A DNA stretch of 64,000 nt from Octopus sinensis (lineage: Eukaryota). This document shows, in pieces, positions 39,827 through 52,821 of the stretch. How positions within the stretch are numbered: the first letter of the stretch is position 1; every line of letters starts with the position of its first letter. The stretch lies in assembly GCF_006345805.1 (NCBI RefSeq), contig NC_043008.1:30442001-30506000 (forward strand). The letters run 5' to 3'. The notes beneath the pieces were generated by a model. That model did not search any database. It had not been told where the DNA came from and worked only from the letters and a program-made list of their open reading frames with translations. The position numbers and the translations under genes were made by a program.

Positions 39827-42800
39827 TGTTGCAGATATATATATATATATTGAGATACTTTATATAGACGACTGAGCTATTGATTATAACTTATCCAAGT
39901 TTTCCTTTTCATACTTTATTGTATGTTTAGAGTGATATCACTCATATTTGGCACCAAGTTTATTTCAATTCGTTCAATTCACAGTGTACGAATTCATTAA
40001 GATATAAGACTGTTTACCGGTAAAATTTATTTGCGCTCTTCTACGCCCAGGTAATCAATTATGATTTATACGCCCTTCAGCTCTGAAAAATTAATCGCTC
40101 CCTTAAGCCTTTGCATCAACGATCATATTGCTAGTGTTATATGGACAGAAATATAGATAGACAGACAGGCAGATATATATATATATATATATATATAATC
40201 AACGCGTCTGTCCGCCGTATGTTAGTAAAAAGAAAAATGAAAAGGAGCAGTTCAGGATTGTGTGTGGGCAATTTCGTAGTTTTCTAGCTGCTATATATAA
40301 CTCCTAACTTGTTTATGTGAATACATGGACCTAGCTAAAAATAGCTACTATCCGATATTATAGTCACACATAGAAGAAAGAGCTACATCGGTGACATTTT
40401 ATAGGGCACCGAGATTGGTCAGAACTATAACGCCATAGTCATGAAAGAGATCCGACCACATTTTTTACAATACGAAAAACTCCGCTAAAAGCATTCAAGA
40501 ACGTAGATCAAACCTCATAATGGATTTCAATAAGTTGGAATTTGATTGAAAATTTTTAATCCATTCCATTGTATTTAATGTATATATGGCGTTAGGTACT
40601 GAGAAAAGATTTTCAGTTATTCAATCTTTATAACTTCAGAATTAAAACATAAAGAAAATTAATCTTTTAATGTGCATCTAGGAATTTTAATACATTTCCT
40701 AAATAATTTAATCTCTTTAATTGCATTAAGTCAATTGGAAAAGAATGTTTCATTTAGTTTTTTGTGTTACTCTCGTCTAATAAAGAGCTTCAGTTGTTGA
40801 CGCGCTATTCGCATTACCAATAAAACCAATATAAGCGATTATCACATTGCTTGGTTTCTTTTCATTATGAGAAGAAATGGGTTCCAGAATTAACATTTGC
40901 CAAATGTTGCCATGACAAATTTTACTATAGTGTTGTCGCTATTTTTAACAAACTAAAAATTTCATTAAGTTGTCTTTCATAATTATATCTAAAATCAGCG
41001 TTACTTTTGATTTCTTCAGTAGCCAGAAAATATGTAACTTTAAAATACGTATTTGAGTCCATTAAAAACTTGTGGGGTTTAATATCTTTTATCATTCTCA
41101 TCATTATTCCATACATTCATTTTCTTTCCCAGTCTGTTTAAGGTTTTCTTTTTCTGGTATGTCTCATTCACTCAATAAAGATATTACTATTCTTTTTAAT
41201 AGTTGCGTGGGAGAATATTTTGCACCAATAATTGCGCCATGGGGTTCCTGCAGTGTGTTCACCCTTGCCTTTTAATGAACTAGAAATATGTTTTAATGTC
41301 ATGCATTTTGCCTTGTGCGGTTTTATTTTAATTTTTAGAATTACTTTAGTGTTTTCTCTCTTATTGTGTAGTATAGAATGTAAGATTTATTATGTTGAGT
41401 GGAGAATATGTTTCCTGTTTGACGTGTGAGCTGTGTTTTGCTATGTGCTTTGCATTAAATTATCGGGTAGTAATTACATAATTGGTGTTATAAATTATCA
41501 GGTAATAATTATATAATTGGTGTTAAAATGTCGTTTATCTAAGCGCATGCGTCATGCTTCTATATGGGTGTTGATTTCATGGACTATGGGCTGTCTGTGT
41601 ATGTTGCGTGTTGTAGTATCGTGTGATGATTGTAAAGAGTATAACCTCATAAATTGCGTAGGTTTTTTTTATATTAATAGTAACAAAAGTAAATGTCACT
41701 GGTTAATGACGTGTGAGAATAAGATATAGTATTGGGTGCGGATTATGAAAGAGTGTGTTGATTTATCGAATGGAGATTGCGTTGAGAATGTACTGTGGTG
41801 TTGTGATATGTTCTTTGATAGTGTCTCAGTCGACTATATTTTGTGCGAATCTTATAGACGCCAGGTCTATACTGATCGGGTAGATCGCCCCAACTATCAG
41901 GTCACTGTGTGTACATAAGTTATGTTTTTTAGTGTAACTAGGCTCTCTAGTTCTAGTGTTTATACCCAATGCATAGAGGCCCGTTCCGTTGATTCATGAC
42001 GATTGTGTAATTTTCTTAGGTGACGATTGCAAAAATTATAATTCTGTGAATTGTACAGAAATATACTATGAGAGTTATGCAATTCAAAAGAAATTGTTCT
42101 ACGAGGTTGTATTAAAAGATGCATGTATTTCTTCTGCCACTTTAGGTTCTTAGTTTACAACTCAACAAGATCAACTCTGCTTTTCGTGGTTAGTAAAATA
42201 CGTACCAGTCTTGCACTGGGATGGATGTATTGATTTTAAATCAGGTATTTTTGTAGTCTTATGGTAGATTGTTTATAGTAGTTCATTTTTTTTTATTTTT
42301 TATTTTAGTTGTTGTATAAAGCCTCTTCGTCCTTCAGTTCGTTGTAACTTGTGTATGAAAATTTCGAGTGATGTATTTTAAATGCAGTCATTTGGGGGGG
42401 GGGGGCTTTCCAGTTTAGTTTTGCTACTTAATTTAGTGTCAGTTAAAAAATATTATAACTGGGACAAGTGTTGGAATATATTGTCTTTTCTTTCCATTTA
42501 TTTCAGTCTTAAATTTTAATCAAATTCGATTCTAATATTACGTCTTCATTATTGCAGTTATCATTGTTGTTGTTACTGTTATTGTTCATTGTTCTAGTAA
42601 GTGTTCTACGTTATTACATTTTGTATATGTATATATTTGACGCATTTTCCTTGATAGGAATGGTTATTTAACTTTTGTTAAGTTAAACTAGAGCCCTGTG
42701 GGATGATTTTGCTCCATTTTAGTCGATCGATTATCCTATCTTCAAAGTACAAAGTCTTTTAAAGCTAGGCCACCGCCATCGATGAGCAGAGTGAAAGGTG

Positions 42801-44375
42801 TCAGTAACAGTAACCGCATAGGCAACTATAGTAATGTGTGAAGTAAAGAGTACAACAACCTCTTAAATTCAACAATAAATAGTGGCGCCGATCACAAAAT
42901 GAAATTAAGAGCGAAAAAGCAGCTGCAATAATAAAGACGCAAGATTTAAACTACAATTGTCAACACCACCGTTACTACTGCTGCCTTCGCGAGCAGTGTT
43001 AGCGACTACAACAATAGAAATAGAAGAAAAAACACATGAAGCAGTATGTGACAACAAAAATGATACTCAGATCGTTAATAATACCGCTACTATTCTGCTA
43101 ATTGTGAGAGCGTTACCATCACCAATAATACCAGTTTAACTGCCAAAACAATTGCGATGCAACACCAATACAAAAAGTGCAAAAGTTCTCGAAAAAAGTG
43201 GTAACAAATATCATGCAGTTTTTCTCTCCCAAACACATTTTTAAATTGTAGAACCTCTAGTAAAACTGAACCTAAAAAGAACTAATAGAACAGTAAACTT
43301 CGAATGTAAAAATACATGCAGACACCCAAGAGAATCGTGCCAGTGAGAGGTATGGGCGGTGATGGTCTATAAGGTACCATCGATGAACAATTCCTCAACG
43401 AGTCTCTCGCAGTAACACTTATTGTTCTCCGCTTCAGGAGATAGGGATTTTCCCCTTTCCCATACAGCTAGGAAAACGATTAATGAATGTGAAAATATAT
43501 AGTGTAGTACAACACAAACCGTCTTTGCTGAGATATATAATGCGTCGTCAAGCAACTCACTCTTGGACGTTTAGCATATATGCAAGAAAACTGGAGATCC
43601 GATTATTGGTGACTTATGAGCTCAGAAAACAAGTTCGTTGCGTTAGACGTGACCAGCAAAAAAGGCCATATCATTCGAAATAGCAGCCGTATATATGCTA
43701 TTACAGTGGTAAACACATTTCTTTAGGCATATAAAATCTTCCTTGGCCGGCTCTTTGCATCTTTAAGAAGATAAGAAAGGGGTGTTGGATGTAATTGTGT
43801 GAAGCTATTAGATAAGAAGTTGAAAACTATTCTATGAGTGCTTAGAATTTCTGTAGGCCAGTGGATTGTATAGATTCAACCAGTCACATCTATTCTTGAC
43901 AATCTCATCCTTACTAAATTATTCAGAGAGATGGTGGCTAAGGTACCTAGCTTGGGTGGAGCATGTGTGTCTGTATGTGTGTGCGTGTTTGCGTGTGTCT
44001 GCGTGTCTATATATTTCTATATATATACACTTGTATACATATATATCTGTGTGTGTGTATGTATAGGTATGTATGCATGTATACCTTCTTCAAACACCCT
44101 TCCATATTTGTATAACGTCTTATAACTTCCTACTGTGAAATTCATAAACATTTCTCTATCTATGTGATAGAGGAAACCATGCTTTTGTGTGAGGGTTATC
44201 CCAATTTTTCCCAGATGATCTACAACATTATTGGTAAATTTGTCATGTTAAAATATATATTGTTCTCCCTTGCTTTCATTGACATCATTCTCTATACTGA
44301 TATTTCATACTTGTATTGTTCCCAATGTGGACTTCTGGTCAATAAAACAAATTATTATTATTATTATTATCATCA

Positions 44376-44411
<36 letters not shown>

Positions 44412-44461
44412 TATTATTATTATTATTATTATTATAATTATTATTATTATCATCATCATCA

Positions 44462-44526
<65 letters not shown>

Positions 44527-44930
44527 CAGTAGTCGTATTTTCTATCGTGCTTTCACTGCACTACTGAGCACAGCTCTGTGTACCTTGGGTACGTGCAGTG
44601 GTTTGTTGTGGTGCTCTTATTTTCCCTGTATTGAAAGTGTTTTACGTAGGATGTGTGCAGTGCCCAGTAGTGCTATTTTCTGTATATTGTATATACTTGT
44701 AAGTCTTGATGTCTTTGTTATGTATTTATCTGAATGTTTTTTTATCATTCCTAATGCGCCTACTATAATAGGAAGTGTTTCTGTTTTCAAGTTCCACATT
44801 CGAGTTACCTGTATTTCCAGATCTTTGTATTTTGAAAGTTTCTCCGATTCTTTGAGAGAAACATTGTCATCTGTCGGTATCGATACATCGATTAGAAAGC
44901 ATTTTTTCTGTGTGATCTTTGACAACTAGG
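44527..44930 (-). mobile_element. 3' end of R4/Dong-like non-LTR retrotransposon (restriction-like endonuclease domain) with (TAA)n tail
   Basis: ORF 44617-44925 (-) CFLIDVSIPTDDNVSLKESEKLSKYKDLEIQVTRMWNLKTETLPIIVGALG...IQKIALLGTAHILRKTL. The short 3' UTR runs straight into a (TAA)n tract at about 44351-44523. Confidence 0.85.
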
Positions 44931-45066
44931 ACAGGCCCATTCAACTTAATTTTTCTGTCTATCATTGTTATTCTTATTATTCTTATTATTATTATTATTA
45001 TTATTATTAATAATATTAGCAGTAGTAGTAGTAGTAGTAGTAGTAGTAGCAGCAGCAGTAGTATAA

Positions 45067-45106
<40 letters not shown>

Positions 45107-45539
45107 TGTTGTAGTAGCAGTAGTAATAGTAGCAGCAGCAGTAGTAGTAGTATGTGAAGAAGCATAGACTAGAGGTCATGTGTTGCTATCACGATAGCAT
45201 GGTCTTGGTTTCAATATCTTGACCGTGTAGTGCGTTGTGATCTTTAGCAAAACATTTCATCTCAGGTTCCATTGTGATCACTTTGACATCTACCATATGA
45301 CACACTGTGCACCTGTTCAGGTAAAGTGGATTTAATGGAGGGAGTGACCGAATGTATGGCACATGCATTTGATCATTATAACCAAATAATTTGTGCAGGT
45401 AATTCGGTAAAATGTGAACATTCATACGTCGTCTTCGGAGTAGAGTCCCGCTTTATTATTACTGTTCTTGCTGTTGCTGCTGCTACTGCTGTCGTTACGC
45501 TGCTGCTTTTATCATCCTCAGCTAATTCAAGAATCGTTC

Positions 45540-46620
45540 TATCAAGTTCACGAAAACAGGGTTCCAGAACTCGTTCCTAATATATATCTCAGTCTCTTCA
45601 ACAGCTGTGTTTGTATCGTTTCCAATGTTCCAGTGTCGTTAGGGTACACGTTCAGTCACGTATCTCAGAATGTCCTCAATTCTTTTCAGCTTCCTTTGTT
45701 TCATTTACTTCGACTATTACACAATGGGCATTGTCTCTACTATAATGGTCATGTCTCATTTCCTGGTTTCTATCGTGTATTCAACGTTTCATAAAGAAAT
45801 TATACAATAGCATTGAATAAGAAACCTGTGGTGTTATTGTTACCATTTTTATCTTCTTTTTATCCAAAGTCCCTACTTTGCTCTTTTGTCCTATTTTGTT
45901 GTCTTTTCACATTCGTATTCTAGAAGGCTGCTATATTACACAGTGTTTCCTCTATTTACATCTCGCCAGATTCTGTCAATAGTTCTTTTAGATTGCAATA
46001 TATCAAGTGTTTCTTTCCGCGAAGTCATGATAGGATAGTTTTTGTTTTATTTTCCCGTCTATCTTTTAACCGATATTTATTTTTAATTCTTACTGTATAT
46101 CATACGTTTTAATTTTTCTTCAACAATCGTAGTAGTTCCAATCAGCACCTTCGCTGAACTTCGAAACAAATTTCTGTGCGTTTTTGCCTTGTGATTTTCT
46201 ATTTCCTCATGTATTGAAACTATCAAATAAGTGTGCAATATTTAATTGGTATTTTCTGAATATTGTACACGTTTATATGTTTAATTCATGTTAGCGTATT
46301 TGTCTGTATCGTTTTTAATCATTTCCAAATTACATTGTAATCACTGGAATTCATATTTTCTCTTCAACCTCTACAGTCTCCTGATCTTTGTTTTAAGATA
46401 TGGTTGGTTATTTACTCATTTCATTTAGAGATTATCGTTTACTGCAGAGATCGAACCAAATGTTTAGCTGCATCACACCGCCAGTGCTGATCAGCATATC
46501 CAAGCACATCACGGATTATCACCTTTGTCATTCTTTCAAAGATATCACGATGCTTGTCTATACTGTCTATTTCTGTAGCTATTTTATTATCTTCCTATCA
46601 AGGACCTGTCGTTTGATTTA
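45540..46620 (-). mobile_element. Highly degenerate R4/Dong-like RT/thumb region
   Basis: Minus-strand fragments resemble the post-RT region of the same family (MIKNDTDKY..YKRVQY..N.ILHTY; SAKVLIGTTTIVEEKLKR). Many stops; recognised by eye only. Confidence 0.35.
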
Positions 46621-47078
46621 TTGTCTCTTGGGTATAAAAAGAGTTGATGGAGAAAATTAGGCTAAGTGTTACTTCAAACCTTCACATAATGTATTTGATT
46701 TCTTTTCTTGTGAAAAAAAAAAAGAGGGAAAAAAGCCTTAATTCTGTGCCACAGCCAATATTCCTTTGTTCTCAGTTTCCATTCCATCATGTCAGAGCAT
46801 CTAATTATATATTTTCTAGTGTCACCCTGTTCAGGTATTTTCTGGTAATGATTACATACGGATTGTCCTTACGACCACATAGGATTTTGTAGATACATTT
46901 TTTAGTTAAGGTTTTTACTAATTTTCACAGTTTCCATCTTTACACTCTCTGTCAGCTCAGCGAGTGTGTTGCATATATAGGCTTCCGATTTTCACGCACA
47001 ATTTCTAGTTACTTTCTTAGTTTGCTATAATGATTACTCTTCTTATACAGTTAATATACGATGTGTACTCACATAAGG

Positions 47079-47114
<36 letters not shown>

Positions 47115-47376
47115 GAAAGAGACAGTATGTGCGATGGGTGTCTGTGTGGTAAGGAATTTGCTTCCCTATTACATGTTTCCGGGTTCTGTCCCACTGCGTG
47201 GCATTTTGCGCATGTAGTAATCTCCGGGACGAACAAAGCTTTGTGAGAGGATTTGCTAGAGCTAAACTGAAAGAAGTGCATCTATCTATCTATCTGTCTA
47301 TCTATCTATCTATCTATTTATATATCTATCTATCTATCTGTCTATCTATCTGTCTATCTATCTATCTATATATCTA

Positions 47377-47451
<75 letters not shown>

Positions 47452-47940
47452 GGGTGTATGTAGGTATTATTTATATATGTACATAGGTACTTACACACAT
47501 GTACACACACACAATAGATAAAAACTGGAAATGCTCAGTATGGGATAACCGTTGTAGTACTCAAATGAACTGAAACTTAAACTCCGAATTCTTCATCCAG
47601 GACTATGTCCACGGCGTCAAGAATTGCTACAAGGGAAATCCAAGACAAAAGGCTGTAATGCAGATAAACGCAATTAGACTTGACACATACAACACACACA
47701 TGCACACCCATACACACACACACAAACAAACTCACAATCACACACACATATATAGTTATCGTACATTCTGCTAAAAATTTAGTAGAGTGCAATGTAAAGA
47801 TCGTCTACCTTCAGATTTACCCTGTGCTATCCAGTAATAGTTTTATACGTACTTCCAGGTTTGCATTTGGGAATCTGTCACGTGTGACTAGATAACTGAA
47901 AACAATTGGAGTCAAGAAGAAGGAGTACGGTTGGATATTG

Positions 47941-48320
47941 TATGCAATTGTTTCCCTGCTTTATGAGTTGTGTTTCCTCAGGTGATATGTAAATGTTGTC
48001 TCCGTAAGTTCAAAATTCTCGGCATCAAGAGCATCCTCTCTGCTTCTCGTGGCCTGAATTTAGTAGTAATTAGTGAGTTTATCAGAGTGCACTGTTGCTG
48101 AAGGGCCGTTGACACACTGCTTTGAATGTGTAGATGTAGTGGGATAGTGATTCTACTACTGCTAAACTGGTTGGTATTTGAAAGGGATTCGCCTTTGATT
48201 TCTTTCTACAGTTGATTTGTTCTTCAAGCCACGACAGACACAGAGGATGTTGTTGAAGCCGATAATTTTGAACTTACGGAGACACATCTAGATCACATAA
48301 TGTAGGGAATCAGTTGCATA
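47941..48320. repeat. Imperfect inverted repeat (approx. 100-120-bp arms), probable old MITE
   Basis: tgtctccgtaagttcaaaattctcggcatcaa vs ttgaagccgataattttgaacttacggagaca; outer tatgcaattgtttccct vs agggaatcagttgcata. Confidence 0.75.
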
Positions 48321-48970
48321 ATCAAGTACCTGCACGCCTGAAGAACTACGCCTGAAGAACTACGTTAAAAAATAAATGTCTAAACGTATTCTTTGTTGGT
48401 TCCAATATTTCCAATTATATACAAATAATTATCCTTCTTTAAGTAACTTCAAATCTTGTTACTTCTAAAAGAACTAGTAATATTTTGATATTCTTTATTA
48501 TGACCAACTTCTATGTCTATGAAGTAATTTAGGTTCTAATGATTGTAGCTCTAAGTTTATCTTCATATGTATTATGTAATCCTCCCTACGATAAATTAAG
48601 TAAGCAAAGAATATTTTTGTTAGGTTTCTCTTCATATTTATTACGGAATTCTCCCTCCGATAACCTCAATAAATAAATAACATTTTTTATTAGTTACTTT
48701 AAACAATCTTGTTTTGTATCAATAGATTTAAATAAATAGAAGAGTTCTTATATATTACCAATATAATTATTTTTATTATATTATTTATATATATTTATAT
48801 ATATATATATGTGTATAATTTTGTTGTTTTTATTGTAATTGCTATGTAGTTAAAAAGTTAATGCTCACGCTCATAATACATAGGCATTTGAATTAATTTT
48901 TTCACAATCCAACCGTCCTTTCCCGCGGAATTTCGTCTATCTTTAAACTTTAGCTCTGAGGAGACTTATG

Positions 48971-49317
48971 TTAGTTAGTTAGTTAGTTAATTTGGCTCAA
49001 AAGCAAATAGCAAGGCCATGTAGGGGGACATGGAGTTAAGTACAGGGTGGTGTTCATGTAAAGAGTTCAGGCCACTTGAGGTCAAGGGAGGCTTTGAACA
49101 AAGCGGTCGTCGGCATCTTCACCATCTCGTCTGGCAGCTTGTTCCACGGATCTGCAACCCGGACGGAGAAAGCTCCTCTCCTTCGATTGAGATGAAATCG
49201 TCGCAGGTAGAGCTTTTCGGAATGACCCCGCAGCCGACGCTCTGGAGCAGGAGTGAAGAACAGCTCTTTCGAGAGGTTACACTTTCCGCTTATGATGTTG
49301 TGGGCGAGAATGAGATC
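48971..49317 (-). mobile_element. 5'-truncated CR1/L2-group LINE 3' end with (TAAC)n tail
   Basis: Uninterrupted minus frame 49317-49054: DLILAHNIISG...RLRGHSEKLYLRRFHLNRRRGAFSVRVADPWNKLP...FKASLD (RGHxxKL, FSxRV, WNxLP motifs), then a short UTR and taactaactaactaac. Confidence 0.88.
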
Positions 49318-49535
49318 AAAAGTGAATTGAATTATTTATATATCAACAATGTATATAAGTCGAAATAAATCGTTGGCTATTTTGGCTTTTTAATGATGTT
49401 TTGTGTTATCCCATATTAAATTATATTATATTCATATTATATTATAAATAAATTATTGGATTGTCAATTGTATCTTTCTATTTGATTTATTTTACGCACA
49501 TACACACACACACATACATACATACTTATATATAG

Positions 49536-49616
<81 letters not shown>

Positions 49617-49957
49617 TAGGTATAAAGCGAGCGGGAGAAACATTATTTATACCAAGAGGAAAATTATTCACAACTTAAAAGTGGATGTTGCGTTTAGAAC
49701 TAACAAATACTGCAATATATACGAAGAGAGAAAAAACCTCATTTGAGCACCGAGGTTTCTATCATTGACAAGGTTAAAGGAGACGGAAAACATGTGATCT
49801 GATAGTACTATCATCTGAAGAAGCGAGGATTGTCTGCCGCTGGGGAAGCTATAATGTGCTCTTATGCACCAGAAACCAATATGTGAGATTTTCTCTCTTG
49901 GTAAATATAGCAGTATTTGAGCATTCTAATGCAACATCCACTTTAAGTGATGAATAC

Positions 49958-49988
<31 letters not shown>

Positions 49989-51539
49989 TGTATGTATGTA
50001 CGTATGTATGTATGTGTGTGCGTATGTCTTTATGTATGTATATATGTATGCATGTATGTATGTATGTACGTATGTATGTATGTGTGTGCGTATGTCTTTA
50101 TGTATGTATATATGTATGCATCTATGTATGTACTTACGGACGTATGTATGTACATGTGAAACCTAATTGTGTTTCACTGCATTACTACATATATGTATAG
50201 TCTTTCAATATATGCATGTGTGTATGTGTGCAAACATACGTGTTCCTATCTGCGAGTGTTTGTGTTTGTCCCCCGCAATCGCTTGATAATCGGTGTTGGT
50301 TTCTTTAGTTCCTGTAACTTAGCGATTCGTCAAGACAGTCTGATAGAGTAAATACCAAGCTTTTAAAGAATAAATACTGGAGTCGATTTGCTCGACTAAA
50401 CCGTTCGAGACGGTGACCCAGCATGGCCGTAGTCCACTTACTGAAATGGGTGGAAGGTTAAATATGTGTGTGCGCGTATATGTGCATGTGCGTGTATGTG
50501 GGTGTGGATGTGAATGTGCCTTTATATTTGTGCTTGACCACCAACATTACCACGTGACAACTGGTGTTACTTGGTTTACGTCCTTGTAATTTAGTCGTTT
50601 ACTATAAGAGATCGAGAGACTTAGTATCAGATTTATGAAAATTTTGTAGAGTTCATTCCAAGATTTATTTATGTTTAACAACTGAATGAATTCAATAAAA
50701 GCATTTAGATCTGAAACATCATGATAATTGTTCAAACTGAAGTTTTTTAGCGAAATATTTTACTATTCTAATCAAAACAGGATTACAGATTTATGGAATT
50801 TTGATTTACTGTTGAATGGATTTTGGCCAACCCTATATTTATATATATACATACATACATACATACATAAATGTAAGTATCTGTGTGTGTCTTTGTGTCT
50901 GTATTTGTTTACCCACCATCACCACTTGAAAACCAGTGTTGGTATGTTTACGTCTCTTAATCTAGTGTTTCGGCAAAAGTTACCGATAGAATAACTACTA
51001 AATTATAAAAAAGAAGCCCTGAGATTGATCTGTTCGACTAAAACCCCTGAAGGCAGTGTTCCAGCATGGCCGCAGACATGTGACTAAAACAAGTAGCAGA
51101 ACAAAGGAATAAAAGATAAACATCAGTAAATACGTATGTGTGTGTGTTTTTATCTGAGGTGTTTGTGTTTGATTGCAAATGTAAGTATATGTACGCCGCT
51201 CCGTAAATAGTTTATTGTGTCATGAACATATTTGGCCGCGTATTTTGTGTAAGTGCCCAACATTGTTTTCTTTCTTTCAATGAAATCCAGTTTATGAAAA
51301 CCACGCCCTAGAGGCATACTTTTAAATGTACTTAATTTTGGAGATTAATAACAAACAAAAAATTAGTCTCATGGCACCTCTGAGTGAATAGGGATGATAG
51401 ATTCAACATTGATTATATTTTAACTTGAAGAATAAAGGAATTTCCGTTTAACATGCGCTGTATGTCATCCAATTTTCGCTTAATTATTAATCAATGTGTC
51501 TTATCGTCATACGTAAACATAATTATGAGTCATTCATCT

Positions 51540-51579
<40 letters not shown>

Positions 51580-51581
51580 GG

Positions 51582-51613
<32 letters not shown>

Positions 51614-51650
51614 GCTGTTGTTGTTGTTGTTGTTGTTGTTGCTGTTGTTG

Positions 51651-51709
<59 letters not shown>

Positions 51710-51710
51710 G

Positions 51711-52240
51711 CGTGAGAGAGCAGCGCAAGCCATAAAATGGTATGGCGGTACAAATATACAGACCCCAATATACCCACCACGTCTACCTGTCTGATAAGGG
51801 TACACCAGACACGTGCATCACAACCATATGTGTGCGACATGGAGATTACACATCAAGATACAGAACGCATGATCTTGCAGGTTGAGCCCAGTTAGAATTT
51901 TCTTCAGGTCGAGTAGCCCATCCCGCTCAAAAGGTCCCTGCTTAAGGGTTTTTTTTAAAACAATGTTGAACGAAACAGCCAGGTTTCCAGTGGTGAAATA
52001 TTTAAACCCCAAAGGATTCCTCCCAATACATGGCTATGATGCTTCCCACTACTTCGGCTCGTGATCAGAGATGCACATATCGTCAGTCGCTAAGTGACAT
52101 ATTCAACCGTCTAAGGTGAAGCAACTAACAAGGAAATCTCTGGTATTGAGCAGAATATTTGCTGTAGCCAATCTTTTATACCAAGACATCACACGTACAT
52201 GATAACATTTCCAATCAGTTAAGATCAGGACCAGTGACAA
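51711..52240. repeat. Interspersed repeat abutting an (ATT)n tract, class uncertain
   Basis: GC-richer 530-bp block starting gcgtgagagagcagcgcaagcc immediately after (TTA)n; resembles an abundant octopus repeat from recall; no coding motif recognised. Confidence 0.5.
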
Positions 52241-52284
52241 CAACTGTCTGGTACTGCATCAGGGCATTTACTACTACTACTACT

Positions 52285-52329
<45 letters not shown>

Positions 52330-52524
52330 CACCACTACTACTACTACTACTATTATTATTATTAGTATTATTATCATCATCATCATCATCATCGTCATCA
52401 CCATCATCATGATGATGATGATGATCATCATCATCATCAACTTCATTAAAATTATCATCATCATTATCATAATTAATGTAATATTTGACATCAATCGACT
52501 TACTTTTGTATTATTCTCTTACAG

Positions 52525-52821
52525 TTCTCACGATATCGGGAAGCAGTTCTGTCACACGAGGTTCTGCCATTTCTTTGATGTGTAACTCATCAGGAGGTGA
52601 CAGCCGGTCTCGTGATATTAACTGGTATAAAGAAGGAACTAAGATATATTCGAATCGAGACAATCGAATTTTGACGACTAAATACACATCGGCAGATAAA
52701 GTTACAGTCAGTTCTTTAAGAATTGAAAACAGTCGGTTAGAGGATGGAGGTGTGTACGTCTGCCGTACGCCCAACAAAGCGTCCATTACTATTGATGTTA
52801 AGGTACATAATAGTTCGGGAA
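52525..52821 (+). CDS. Internal exon encoding one Ig-like domain (resembles second Ig domain of zig-8/DPR-like two-Ig cell-surface proteins)
   Basis: Acceptor tacttttgtattattctcttacag| at 52524 and donor A|gtaagt at 52821; 297 nt, phase 1-1. Translation xLTISGSSSVTRGSAISLMCNSSGG..DINWYKEG..RILTTKY..VSSLRIENSRLEDGGVYVCRTPNKASITIDVKVHNSSG has the B-strand LxC, C-strand W, E-strand LxI and DxGxYxC motifs. Family assignment is from recall only. Confidence 0.92.

Noticed and set aside
49030-49368. 112-aa plus-strand ORF
   Set aside because: It is antisense to the CR1-like ORF2 C-terminus on the minus strand.
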